Source: a bacterium
Lineage (GTDB): Bacteria; UBA8248; JACPRG01; G963555815
DNA length: 64,000 bases
Assembly: GCA_965261595.1 (NCBI GenBank)
Contig: CBDHDG010000005.1
Coordinates: forward strand, 16,977-80,976
Direction of reading: 5' to 3'
Position numbers and translations under genes: made by a program. Below, in pieces: positions 47,628 through 57,068 of this stretch; the stretch's first letter is position 1, and every line of letters begins with the position of its first letter. The notes beneath the pieces are model-generated. The model did not search any database and was not told the origin of the DNA. It saw only the letters and a list, made by a program, of their open reading frames with translations.

Positions 47628-47637
47628 CCCCCCCCCC
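47628..47637. repeat. C10 homopolymer downstream of the methyltransferase gene
   Basis: Ten consecutive C, 38 nt after the stop. It is the complement of the upstream G10. Confidence 0.9.
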
Positions 47638-47711
47638 TTCCGGCCCGGAGTCAATACACCCGTTGATCGGGTCTCCAATGTCAGCCGTTTCCTCATCCAT
47701 TCCCACCCGAT

Positions 47712-47742
47712 AAAAAAAGGGCCACGGGATTTCCCGTAGCCC
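47712..47742 (-). terminator. Rho-independent terminator after tRNA-Phe
   Basis: On the minus strand: GGGCTACGGGA-AAT-CCCGTGGCCC followed by T7. Confidence 0.8.
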
Positions 47743-47753
47743 TTTGAATTTCA

Positions 47754-47829
47754 TGGTGCCGGGGGGCGGAATCGAACCGTCGACACATGGATTTTCAGTC
47801 CACTGCTCTACCGACTGAGCTACCCCGGC
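47754..47829 (-). tRNA. tRNA-Phe (anticodon GAA), CCA encoded
   Basis: GCCGGGGTAGCTCAGTCGGTAGAGCAGTGGACTGAAAATCCATGTGTCGACGGTTCGATTCCGCCCCCCGGCACCA. The cloverleaf folds with a 7-bp acceptor stem, anticodon loop CTGAAAA and T-loop TTCGATT. There is one A.C mismatch in the T stem. Confidence 0.9.
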
Positions 47830-47854
47830 ACCGTTTGTTTTTCAATGAGTTACA

Positions 47855-48847
47855 CTAACGGCCTTCCACTTGATAGGCGCTAGTGTCTGTTTTACTGCCT
47901 TCTGCGCCGTCAAGAAGCGCCACCGCCTGGGCCTTGTGACGGTCCGTCAGGTGCGAATACCGCATGACCATCCGCCTCGTCTTAGCGCCCCCTTGAAGCC
48001 TGTACGGATGCTCTGTATCGCCTCCCCGTCCTGGGGTCGACAGAACACAAATCCCCCGTCCAGACGGGTACGGGATGCTCTCCAATATCGCACGGGCCGT
48101 TGCGTTCAGTGGGACCGTCCGACCTTCACCGGACTTCGCCTCTCCGACTCTCAGATACCCCCCTCTGAGGTCCACATCTTGCCACTTCAGGCGAAATATC
48201 TCGCCCTGTCGAAGCCCTGTGTGACGGGCGAAATCGTAAATCCGGCAGATGCGCGGGTGCATCTCGGCCCGAAGCCGTTCCCGTTCTTCCGGTTCCAGAA
48301 TTCAGCAACGGGCGTTATTCTCCTTCAAAAATTTGACTTTGGCAACCGGGTTGCTTCCGGCCTTCCCGCCCTCAATGGCACGATTGAACAGCGTTTTCAA
48401 AAGCGCCAGTTCCCGGTTGACCGTCGCGGGTTTCTTCCCCTGGTCCAGCCTGTTCGTTTGGTAGCCGTGGACCATTTCCGGCGTGATGGCGTCCAGGTAC
48501 AGGTCCCCAAAAGCGGGTAGAAGGGCCTTGATGCTGGCTTCATCCCGCTTCGCGGATTTCTTTCGGGCGGAATAGACGCGGGCATATTCCTCCCCGTACT
48601 GCCGAAACGTCACTCGCCGGACCATCTTCTTGTCCAGATGCTTTCCTTCGGCGATCTCCGTCCTCCGCTTCCCCATCACGGTCACGGCCAGCCGCTTGTT
48701 CGGCCCGATCCATTCCCGGACCCGCCTTCCACCGGCGTAGTAATCCAAGAAATAATTGCCCTTGGTATCCTGGTGCACCCCAGGCGGGAGACGGAGGGCC
48801 TTTCGCTTGGATGACCCGCGCGATTTCCGGGAGGTCGGTGCGTTCAT
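47855..48847 (-). pseudogene. int: Tyrosine integrase adjacent to tRNA-Phe, decayed
   Basis: In-frame TGA at 48302-48304 (..KENNARC*ILEPEERERL..). The conserved VFCRPQDGEAIQSIRTGFKGALRRGG lies in another frame. The HxxR box between it and MVMRYSHL is absent. Confidence 0.8.
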
Positions 48848-49038
48848 GGCTTTTTCCTCCGTTTCTTAGGGCGTTTGGCCGTCCCCTCGGCCTCGCGGTC
48901 CAGGGCCTCGGCGATAAAGCGCCGGGCAACCGCCGAGACAGTTGATCGCTCTCGCTCCGCAATGGCCTCTAAATGCCGGGAGTCCTCGGCGCTCATCCGA
49001 AGATGGAAACCAACCTCATATCTTGTTTTACGCTTCAT
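48844..49038 (-). CDS. Small RHH/CopG-like protein
   Basis: MKRKTRYEVGFHLRMSAEDSRHLEAIAERERSTVSAVARRFIAEAL. Its stop overlaps the integrase start. Confidence 0.5.
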   Translation of the reverse strand: MKRKTRYEVGFHLRMSAEDSRHLEAIAERERSTVSAVARRFIAEALDREAEGTAKRPKKRRKKP

Positions 49039-49238
49039 GTAGAACACAATAGAATATTTAGCTACGGATGTCAACCGCCTTTCAACCTTTCAACGAATGA
49101 TCTTGGCGGCGGTCTTGTTGCCCTCGATGTACCAGTTCCAGGCCCTCCACGTCGAATCGGAGGGGTTTCCCCAACTTCACCTTCGGAATGCGCCCCATGA
49201 TGGCCCATTGGCGAACGGGCAGCGCGGTAAGGAGGGTG

Positions 49239-49281
49239 GGTAACCGCTGCGTAACCGCTGGGTAACCGCTAGGTGGTTACC
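49239..49281. repeat. Iteron-like array: three tandem 11-bp repeats plus an inverted half-site
   Basis: ggtaaccgctg / cgtaaccgctg / ggtaaccgcta, then ggtGGTTACC. Confidence 0.75.
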
Positions 49282-49373
49282 TTTTTCGGCGGCCGGGGAG
49301 ATCCGCTCAACCCGCGTCGTTGCAGGCTTTAGCGGTATCGGCGGGGGAGGAAGGCTGCGGGCGCTTACAGGGC

Positions 49374-49564
49374 ATAACCGAAGTAACCGCATTTGTAAGG
49401 GGGGGGAGCCTATAGAATGTTGTCGGGGGGGCCACCTATCACCCCGTAGGCGTCCTCCTTGAATAGCAATAATCCATTTTAAAACAACTTGTTGCACTGA
49501 ATCCATATGGGGCCCGAGTGCAATTTATAGCCCCCTAGTCCCCCAAAGCGGTTACTTCGGTTAC
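49374..49564. repeat. 17-nt inverted repeat pair (GTAACCG-containing) bracketing an AT-rich stretch; candidate replication origin
   Basis: ataaccgaagtaaccgc (49374-49390) against gcggttacttcggttac (49548-49564), 16/17 complementary. The AT-rich segment is ...gaatagcaataatccattttaaaacaacttgttgc... The pair ends 32 bp from the helicase gene stop. Confidence 0.6.
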
Positions 49565-49595
49565 GGCCAAGGGCGACGGGAGGGGTGGAAATTCC

Positions 49596-52264
49596 TCACT
49601 CAGAATCCCAATCGGGCTGATCGTTTTCGGACTGGGCTTCGAGCGCAGAGAGGGGTGGGAATTCCTCACCCAAGAGGGCCGCCACCGCCGGGCACCTCAC
49701 CTTCAGGACGCGGTGATTTTTTCCCTTAATCTTCACGACGTAGGAATTGCGCCCCGTAGCGCATTCCGTAAGTCCCTCCTTGCCGAGGTCCTGGTGGAGC
49801 CGCCCCTGGCGGACGGCAAACGGCTCCCCGGACTCCTCGCAGAAACGAGAAACCGCACGGAAGGATGCTACGGGGAGCAGGTAGAGGTCGTTCTTGTCGT
49901 GCCATCCCAAGAACTCCGCCCGCCCGGTGTAATCCTTCCCGAACTCGAACTGCTTGCGGGCGAAAACGATCGCCTTCCCCTGAGTAAGCAAATTCGCCAG
50001 GACCTGAAAAAACCGCACGGAGGGGCGCTCCTCCTCCACCGCTTTTGATTGCACCGCCGCCAGTTCCGCCAGGGCTTCCCACCCCTCGGCGCGCAGGGCC
50101 TCCGCCACGGCGTGCGGGCAGGCGCCCACCGCCTCCGCGTACTCGAGGCCGCTCTCCATGCCAAGCCACAGGTGGGCAATGACCTCCGGGATGCGCAGGT
50201 GCCGCCCCCGGGCAGTGGCTTTGCGCCGCGCTTTCTCGAACACTTTGGCCAGCTTCTTGCGGAGCTTGGGTATCTGCGGCGCCAACCAGAGCACGTAGCC
50301 TGCCATTGCGTGAGGGAGGCGAGAATCCCCCTGCTGCACCGCGCTCAGGGCCTTCAGGTCCACGTCCTCGCGCGTGACCTCGACAATCAGCATTCGCGCC
50401 AAAAGACTCTGGCCGGGAGGCCGCCCCTCACCCGTCGAGATGATGATCCCCCGGGGGGAATAGGCGGGGCGGTCGGTCAGGTCCGCCCGAAGCCTCCCCC
50501 GCCCGGCAAGGTTCCCCTGGGAGCGCAAGAGTCGAGCGGCCGTGCTTTCCAGCTTGCGGCGGTCGTTGCCTGAGGGGGCGAAGTCGTCCACCACGAACGG
50601 GAGGTCCTTCAGCGCAAAAGCCTGCTTTTCCAACTGGTTGGCCGTCGAACTCCACGCGCCAGGCAGATGAGTCCGCTCAAAATCTCCGAAGTGGCTGAGG
50701 AAGAGGGGGGCCAGAGTGGATTTCAACGAGCCCGTCTGTCCTTCCAGCCAGAGGTTAAGGTCACAGGGAAATATGGACGCCAGGGGGGCTCGAAACATGA
50801 CGGCCCAAAGGGGGAGCGTAATGCGGAGGGGGGCGAGGCGGAGAAGTTTGAGGCTTTCCTCCATCGCACCCGCCGGGTCTTTGGGTTCTCGGGGCAGAGA
50901 GTAGCGCGTGAGCTCCTGACCCAGGTCCACCTCGAAACCCTCATGTCCGACGGCGCCGCCTGATGTGAGGTAGACCCACTCGCCGTCCATCTCGCGCCAC
51001 CCCGTGTGGGTGAACACGTGGCGCCGCCGCGCTTTCGGCGACAGCACCTGAATGGCCTCACGGAGATAGTCCTTCGTTGCGGGTCCGGCGGCCACGATGG
51101 CCTTGAGCCCCCACCGGTCGGTGACCCAACCCAAGCCCCCGAATTGCGCGGCAGGGATTGTTTTAGGCGGAAGCGGCTCGCCGGTGTCCGTGGCGCCCTC
51201 GATGCGGAAGGCCGTCGTTGTCTCAACGCCATCATCGAGGATGAGTTCTTCCGTCACGTGGCAGACGAAATTGTTCGTGAGGGGATGCGCGACCGGCCCC
51301 TCGCGCGTCTGGCGCCACCTGATGATCCTGCCATCCTTGATTTCGTAGTGCGACCCGCCAGGGGCCTCCCGCGCCTCCCGCGCCCCGCCACGGAGTGCAA
51401 GCCACTTCCGCAGGCAGGCGACCACCTTCTTGCCGTCTCCCCGGAGAAGTTCCGCAAGCGTCGGTCCACCTGTGGTGGGGCGCCCGCCTTTAAGGGCCTC
51501 GGCCGTCCCCGTGTCTCCGCGCTTCCACGACTCCTCATCCCCTGCGGCCCGCGCAGCCTCTCTCACGATGCGTGCGGTCAGGTCCTTTCCCATGCCGCCC
51601 CGCAGGAGGAACCCCTCCACGGCCAGCGCGGCGTGATGGCGGCTTCCCTTTTCCGGCCAGTAGCGGGCGAGAACGGCAGTAGAGGCCACCACCGCGGCCA
51701 AACGCCGGAGATCCTCTCCGTCCACGCGGGGAGGAGGAGGGGGGGCTGCTTCTTCCACCCAAAGCGCTCACCTGTGGGGTGGACAGAGTTCGGTACGAGG
51801 GTCTGCACCCTGTTGGACCGGAGCTCTATGAGCATCTTCCCGTCTGGGTCGATGAATTTTTGAGTCTTGAGGGCAGGTGTGCAGCAGTACCAAAAGTGAG
51901 AAAGGGGATTCCCGGGTCTCCCGTGGACACAATCCGTTGGGGGGAGAAACGCGCCCGCCACGGCGCAAGCTTCGGATGCATCCAAGTCCACGTCCACCAG
52001 CCCGCCCGACGGCTCTCCGAGGAGCAGGCCGATGTTCGAGCCGCTGTGGAAGTAACGCTCCAAATCGTTATCGGCAATCCGGAGCTTCTGACACTCGGGC
52101 AAAGTGGGTCCCCTCTCCCCGGGGGGTACGGGTACGGGGCAGGCCTTTCAGGCCTGCATATAAAAGCGAGCCCAGGCAAGCGCCCAATCCCCATTTTTCG
52201 GGAAGGGAGTGCGCGTCATCTTGCGCCGGGGGGGCTGGTTTTTACTGGAGCGTTTTTTAGTCAT
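49596..52264 (-). pseudogene. PrimPol-helicase (bifunctional primase/polymerase N-domain plus DUF927/SF3-like helicase) with an in-frame TGA and a frameshift
   Basis: ATG 52264: MTKKRS...WALAWARFYMQA*KACPVPVPPGE.., with TGA at 52148-52150. PrimPol motifs NIGLLLG, LVDVDLD, SHFWY, HPTGERFGW. The frame changes in a G7 run (51739-51745) into the 720-aa ORF, which has Walker A EGQTGSLKST and Walker B LPFVVDDF. Confidence 0.75.
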
Positions 52265-52481
52265 CGCCGCGCCCCCTTGCGGGACGCCGAGAGGCGGCGA
52301 TAAAGGCGTCCACGTCCGAAATTTTAGACCGGACGGCCCCGCTGATCTTCACGTTAGGGATACGGCGCTGGTTCGTCCAGGCGCGTAAAGTCCATTCGGC
52401 CAGCCCGAGATACTCGGCCGCCTCCCGTGTGGTGAGAAGCCGACGGGTGGCGGGGCGATCGTTTTTCTTTTTGAGATCCAT
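52257..52481 (-). CDS. AlpA/excisionase-type HTH protein
   Basis: MDLKKKNDRPATRRLLTTREAAEYLGLAEWTLRAWTNQRRIPNVKI. Its 3' end overlaps the PrimPol ATG by 8 nt. Confidence 0.7.
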   Translation of the reverse strand: MDLKKKNDRPATRRLLTTREAAEYLGLAEWTLRAWTNQRRIPNVKISGAVRSKISDVDAFIAASRRPARGRGDD

Positions 52482-52563
52482 CGAAGTTCTCCTCAAAAAA
52501 AACCGCAGCGGGAAACCCCCCTGGACTTACCCCGGTTTCGTGGAGAGTTAAGCACTTGGGTTT

Positions 52564-53412
52564 TCAGGGTGTGCGTTGTTGTCTCCTTTCGTAGTTAACG
52601 GGTGACAGGTTGTCGATGGAGGAGTGCCGACGATGCGGGTTGTAGAAGCCCTCGATGAACCCGAACACCTCCATGCGCGCCTCGGCCCGGGTGCGGAAAC
52701 TGTGGCGAGCGAGGAGCTCGCACTCCAGCGTGGCGAAAAAGCTCTCACACAGCGCGTTGTCGTAGCAGTCCCCGACCGAACCCATGGAGGGACGCACGCC
52801 CGCCTGCCGGCAGCGCTGCCCAAAGGCGACCGAGGTGTACTGCGTGCCCTGGTCGGAGTGGTGGATGACGGCCCGGGGACGGCGCTTATACAGCGCCATG
52901 TCGAGCGCGTCGAGCACCAACTCGGCCCGCAGGTGTGTGGCCATCGACCACCCCACGATGCGCCGGCTGAACGCATCGAGCGCCACGGCCAGATACAAAA
53001 ACCCCGCCCATGTCGGAACGTAGGTGATGTCGGCCACCCACAGCCGGTCGGGGGCCTCGGCCGTGAAGTTGCGGTCCACCAGATCAGGGGCCGGCCGCGC
53101 CTCCTGCCGGCGCTGCGTCGTGCGCGCTCCCTTGCGCCGACTGACGCCCGCAAGTCCCGCCCCACGCATCAGCCTGGCGACGCGCTTGCGGCCCACACGC
53201 ACTCCCTCAGCCTCCAACTCGGCATGGACGCGCGGCACGCCGTAAGTCCCCCGAGAACGCTCGTGGATCGCCTGAATGCGTTTGGTGAGCGCCCGATCGG
53301 CACACGAGCGGGCACACGGCGCGCGCCTGCGCCACGCGTAGTAGCCGCTGGAGGAGACGCCCAGCACCCGGCACATGGTGGCGGTCCGATACATGGCCTG
53401 GTTCGCCCTCAC
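52564..53412 (-). CDS. IS3-II transposase OrfB
   Basis: DRLWVADITYVPTWAGFLYLAVALDAFSRRIVGW...HHSDQGTQYTS...GSVGDCYDNALCESFF...YNPHRRHSSI. Confidence 0.9.
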   Translation of the reverse strand: MRANQAMYRTATMCRVLGVSSSGYYAWRRRAPCARSCADRALTKRIQAIHERSRGTYGVPRVHAELEAEGVRVGRKRVARLMRGAGLAGVSRRKGARTTQRRQEARPAPDLVDRNFTAEAPDRLWVADITYVPTWAGFLYLAVALDAFSRRIVGWSMATHLRAELVLDALDMALYKRRPRAVIHHSDQGTQYTSVAFGQRCRQAGVRPSMGSVGDCYDNALCESFFATLECELLARHSFRTRAEARMEVFGFIEGFYNPHRRHSSIDNLSPVNYERRQQRTP

Positions 53413-53723
53413 GAACCCGTAGATCCGGACGGGATCGAATCGGTCTCCCGAGCAAACCAGGCCGCGGCTTTTGCTAAGATCTCCCGCTCCTGGCGGAGCT
53501 GTCGGTTCTCGCGGCGAAGTCGGCGCAACTCCTCCCGCTCATCGCTCGTGAGCCCGTCTTTGCGACGCCCCTCGTCAACGTCGGCTTGATGGGCCCAGGT
53601 GCGGATCGTCTGCGCCGAGGGCTCGAACTCGTGCGCCAGCGCCTCGGGCGTGCGTCCCGCCCGGACCAACTCTACCATCTGGCAGCGGAACTCCATTGGA
53701 TAGCGTGGGTGAGTCTGTGGCAT
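53409..53723 (-). CDS. IS3-II transposase OrfA
   Basis: MPQTHPRYPMEFRCQMVELVRAGRTPEALAHEFEPSAQTIRTW...LRRLRRENRQLRQEREILAKAAAWFA. Confidence 0.85.
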   Translation of the reverse strand: MPQTHPRYPMEFRCQMVELVRAGRTPEALAHEFEPSAQTIRTWAHQADVDEGRRKDGLTSDEREELRRLRRENRQLRQEREILAKAAAWFARETDSIPSGSTGS

Positions 53724-53781
53724 CGTGAACACCTCCTTTACCCCCAAATCATCAGGTGTCCACCAAACCGGGTCAACTCCA

Positions 53782-54550
53782 CCCCTTTGAAATCAGGTCA
53801 TCCAAGACAGGAACCAGCTGTTCAGTCCGTACCAATACTTCATCGGCGGATTGCCCCCATACTAGGCCGAGATAGCGAACCTGCGGTACTCCGAGCTCGA
53901 GTCGCAACTGTAGATCCTTAAGTTTTTGCTGGGCGCCGCCTGGGCTTAGCCGACCAATATCATCGTTCCAGAATGAAGTACCAGTGAAGACTAGGTAAAT
54001 GCATCCCATCGCCAGAATAGCTAATGAACTCCACTTAACCGTTCGTACCTGGTTCAACTGTATCACAAATCGAGGCAATTTTACGGCATTGGGTCCGACC
54101 CCTGGCCATAACAACAAAAGCGATGGAACAACCCAGCGAGTGACTATGGCCGTCACAATTAACCCAGAGATCGCAAAAGTCCCAAGATGGATCAACCCTT
54201 CAAATCCGGCCAAGAGCAGCGCAGAAAAACCAACGCAAGTACTCATCGCGGCCATCCGAAGTGTTGGCCATATCCGTTGTAAGTGTGCCTCGATCCGTTT
54301 CGGCGTGTTAGCAACTGGTAGAACAGCATGTATGGGGTAATCCACTCCTATCCCCATGAGAGCAACCCCAAATGACAGAGTTATTCCGTGGATTGAACCA
54401 AAGAGGAATGTAACTGCCGTGACTGCAGCCAATACTCCGGATACCAAAGGGACTGCAATAAGAACCAAGAGAGGCACTGAACGAAAGACCCATAGCAAAA
54501 ATGCAGTAACGAGAATCGACCCCATAACGGAAAATAACAATGCATCATCC
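53782..54550 (-). pseudogene. Internal fragment of an MMPL/RND-superfamily exporter gene, trapped between inverted IS3-II copies
   Basis: TM-rich ...GIGVDYPIH...AISGLIVTAIVTRWVVPSLL... It continues in frame upstream across IS3-II copy 2 into 57219-57297 (..KMTLFVTGIPVVAIQTRNIIRD|DALLFSVMG..). Low GC. Confidence 0.7.
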
Positions 54551-54608
54551 TGGAGTTGACCCGGTTTGGTGGACACCTGATGATTTGGGGGTAAAGGAGG
54601 TGTTCACG

Positions 54609-54923
54609 ATGCCACAGACTCACCCACGCTATCCAATGGAGTTCCGCTGCCAGATGGTAGAGTTGGTCCGGGCGGGACGCACGCCCGAGGCGCTGGCGCA
54701 CGAGTTCGAGCCCTCGGCGCAGACGATCCGCACCTGGGCCCATCAAGCCGACGTTGACGAGGGGCGTCGCAAAGACGGGCTCACGAGCGATGAGCGGGAG
54801 GAGTTGCGCCGACTTCGCCGCGAGAACCGACAGCTCCGCCAGGAGCGGGAGATCTTAGCAAAAGCCGCGGCCTGGTTTGCTCGGGATACCGATTCGATCC
54901 CGTCCGGATCTACGGGTTCGTGA
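54609..54923 (+). CDS. IS3-II transposase OrfA, copy 2
   Basis: Identical to copy 1 except FARDTD vs FARETD. Confidence 0.85.
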   Translation: MPQTHPRYPMEFRCQMVELVRAGRTPEALAHEFEPSAQTIRTWAHQADVDEGRRKDGLTSDEREELRRLRRENRQLRQEREILAKAAAWFARDTDSIPSGSTGS

Positions 54924-55776
54924 GGGCGAACCAGGCCATGTATCGGACCGCCACCATGTGCCGGGTGCTGGGCGTCTCCTCCAGCGGCTACTACGCGTGG
55001 CGCAGGCGCGCGCCGTGTGCCCGCTCGTGTGCCGATCGGGCGCTCACCAAACGCATTCAGGCGATCCACGAGCGTTCTCGGGGGACTTACGGCGTGCCGC
55101 GCGTCCATGCCGAGTTGGAGGCTGAGGGAGTGCGTGTGGGCCGCAAGCGCGTCGCCAGGCTGATGCGTGGGGCGGGACTTGCGGGCGTCAGTCGGCGCAA
55201 GGGAGCGCGCACGACGCAGCGCCGGCAGGAGGCGCGGCCGGCCCCTGATCTGGTGGACCGCAACTTCACGGCCGAGGCCCCCGACCGGCTGTGGGTGGCC
55301 GACATCACCTACGTTCCGACATGGGCGGGGTTTTTGTATCTGGCCGTGGCGCTCGATGCGTTCAGCCGGCGCATCGTGGGGTGGTCGATGGCCACACACC
55401 TGCGGGCCGAGTTGGTGCTCGACGCGCTCGACATGGCGCTGTATAAGCGCCGTCCCCGGGCCGTCATCCACCACTCCGACCAGGGCACGCAGTACACCTC
55501 GGTCGCCTTTGGGCAGCGCTGCCGGCAGGCGGGCGGGCGTCCCTCCATGGGTTCGGTCGGGGACTGCTACGACAACGCGCTGTGTGAGAGCTTTTTCGCC
55601 ACGCTGGAGTGCGAGCTCCTCGCTCGCCACAGTTTCCGCACCCGGGCCGAGGCGCGCATGGAGGTGTTCGGGTTCATCGAGGGCTTCTACAACCCGCATC
55701 GTCGGCACTCCTCCATCGACAACCTGTCACTGGACCGCCCCTGGGTTATTGGACACTCGGGTGAGGGTATTCGACC

Positions 55777-56694
55777 TCATGCGGCCTCCGCAACTTGAGC
55801 GAGTTTTTCCTGCCTTGCCTGGGCCGGCGTTCGGTAGCCGTAGCCCTCGAGAATCCAATGATGGTTGTACAGGTTCTTGAACTCAAGCAGCGCCCACCGC
55901 AGTTCCTCTACGGTGGCGAAAGAGCGCACCCACAGGAGATTCTCCTTCAAGATGCGGATAAACCACTCACAGTAGCCATTTCCCTCGGGCGCCCGCACGA
56001 AGCTGGGCGAACTGGTCATGCCCAGGTAGGTGATCTCCCGCTGAAAGTCATCGGACAGATAGGCGGGGCCGTGGTCGTGACGAACTTTAAGCCCCTCGGC
56101 GACGTCCGCCTCCAAGCCGGCGAAGCGCTCGGCGACCCCCTGCCGGATCGGCTCCAGGGCCTCGAAGCGGTTGCCGCTCTTGGCCGCATGGATCCCCACG
56201 CAGTCCACCGAGCAGTGATCCACCGCCACGAACACCGAGGCCACCCCCTCCTCGGTGGTCACCGTCGTCGTCATGTCCGTGCCCCACATTCGGTCGGGCC
56301 GCTCGGTGCGGATGGTCCCGTTGTGGGCCTTGGGACCTCGGGGTTTGCCCACCCGGTGGGGGGCCTGAAGCCCCGCCTCCCGCATCAGGCGACGCACCCG
56401 CTCCTTGCTGGTGCGGATGCCCGCGAAGCGCAGCCTCGCCCACACCTTGCGGTAGCCCTCGCCATGGAAGGGAGAGTCCTCCAGGACCTGCCGGATGTGG
56501 CCGAGGAGTTCCGCATCGGTGCACGGGCCCACAGGGCCGTGCTTATTGGGCGTGGGGCGTTCATGAACGGGGACCGCCTCTCGCCGCCGTTGCGCGTAGA
56601 CCGTGGAGCGCGCCAAGCCCCAAAGGGCGCACACCCGCTTCAGGCCGTAGGCTCTGCCCGTGGAGGTGAAGCGGGCCTGACTCATCGCCTCCAC
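55777..56694 (-). CDS. IS3-family transposase OrfB, copy C
   Basis: 305 aa. Differs from copy A at PNKHGP and REITYL. Confidence 0.9.
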   Translation of the reverse strand: MEAMSQARFTSTGRAYGLKRVCALWGLARSTVYAQRRREAVPVHERPTPNKHGPVGPCTDAELLGHIRQVLEDSPFHGEGYRKVWARLRFAGIRTSKERVRRLMREAGLQAPHRVGKPRGPKAHNGTIRTERPDRMWGTDMTTTVTTEEGVASVFVAVDHCSVDCVGIHAAKSGNRFEALEPIRQGVAERFAGLEADVAEGLKVRHDHGPAYLSDDFQREITYLGMTSSPSFVRAPEGNGYCEWFIRILKENLLWVRSFATVEELRWALLEFKNLYNHHWILEGYGYRTPAQARQEKLAQVAEAA

Positions 56695-57068
56695 CTCCTG
56701 CCGGCTAAAGGGCGGCCGGCCTCCAGGCGGTCGATCTTCTCCCGCAGGACCTCGCCCTCCATCGTGAGTTCGCCCACCTTGGCCTTGAGCCGGGCGTTCT
56801 CCTCGTCCCGCTCATCCGCCGGGCGGGCTTTGAGCGCCGCCTCGCCCGCGCGAAGGAACGCCTCGCGCCAGGCGGAAAGCCGAGCCGCTGTCGTGCCCAA
56901 CTCGCGGCAGAGCGTCTCCAGGCTCTCGCCCCGCAAAAGACGCAGGACCGCCTCCCGCTTGCGCTGGCAGGAGAACCGACCCCGCTCACTGCGATGCCCT
57001 GGGGCCTTGGCTCCGTTCGCCCTGCGGGCGCCCTCCGCCAAAGCCCCCTCTTGCTTTTGTTCGTTCAT
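56682..57068 (-). CDS. IS3-family transposase OrfA, copy C
   Basis: As copy B, with LRAGEAALK instead of LRGGEAALK. Confidence 0.85.
   Translation of the reverse strand: MNEQKQEGALAEGARRANGAKAPGHRSERGRFSCQRKREAVLRLLRGESLETLCRELGTTAARLSAWREAFLRAGEAALKARPADERDEENARLKAKVGELTMEGEVLREKIDRLEAGRPLAGRRWRR

Larger units (their letters stand above)
52522..53781 (-). mobile_element. Second IS3-family element (IS3-II), copy 1 (1260 bp)
   Basis: Ends TGGAGTTGACCCGGTTTGG / TGGACTTACCCCGGTTTCG (TG...CA). Flanked by C-runs (CCC on both sides), a possible but uninformative TSD. Confidence 0.85.

Noticed and set aside
47754-47855. tRNA-Phe as the proven attachment site of the neighbouring island
   Set aside because: The island abuts the 5' end of the tRNA rather than the usual 3' end. 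The distal island end is deleted by an IS, so no att direct repeat can be shown. I therefore report adjacency only.
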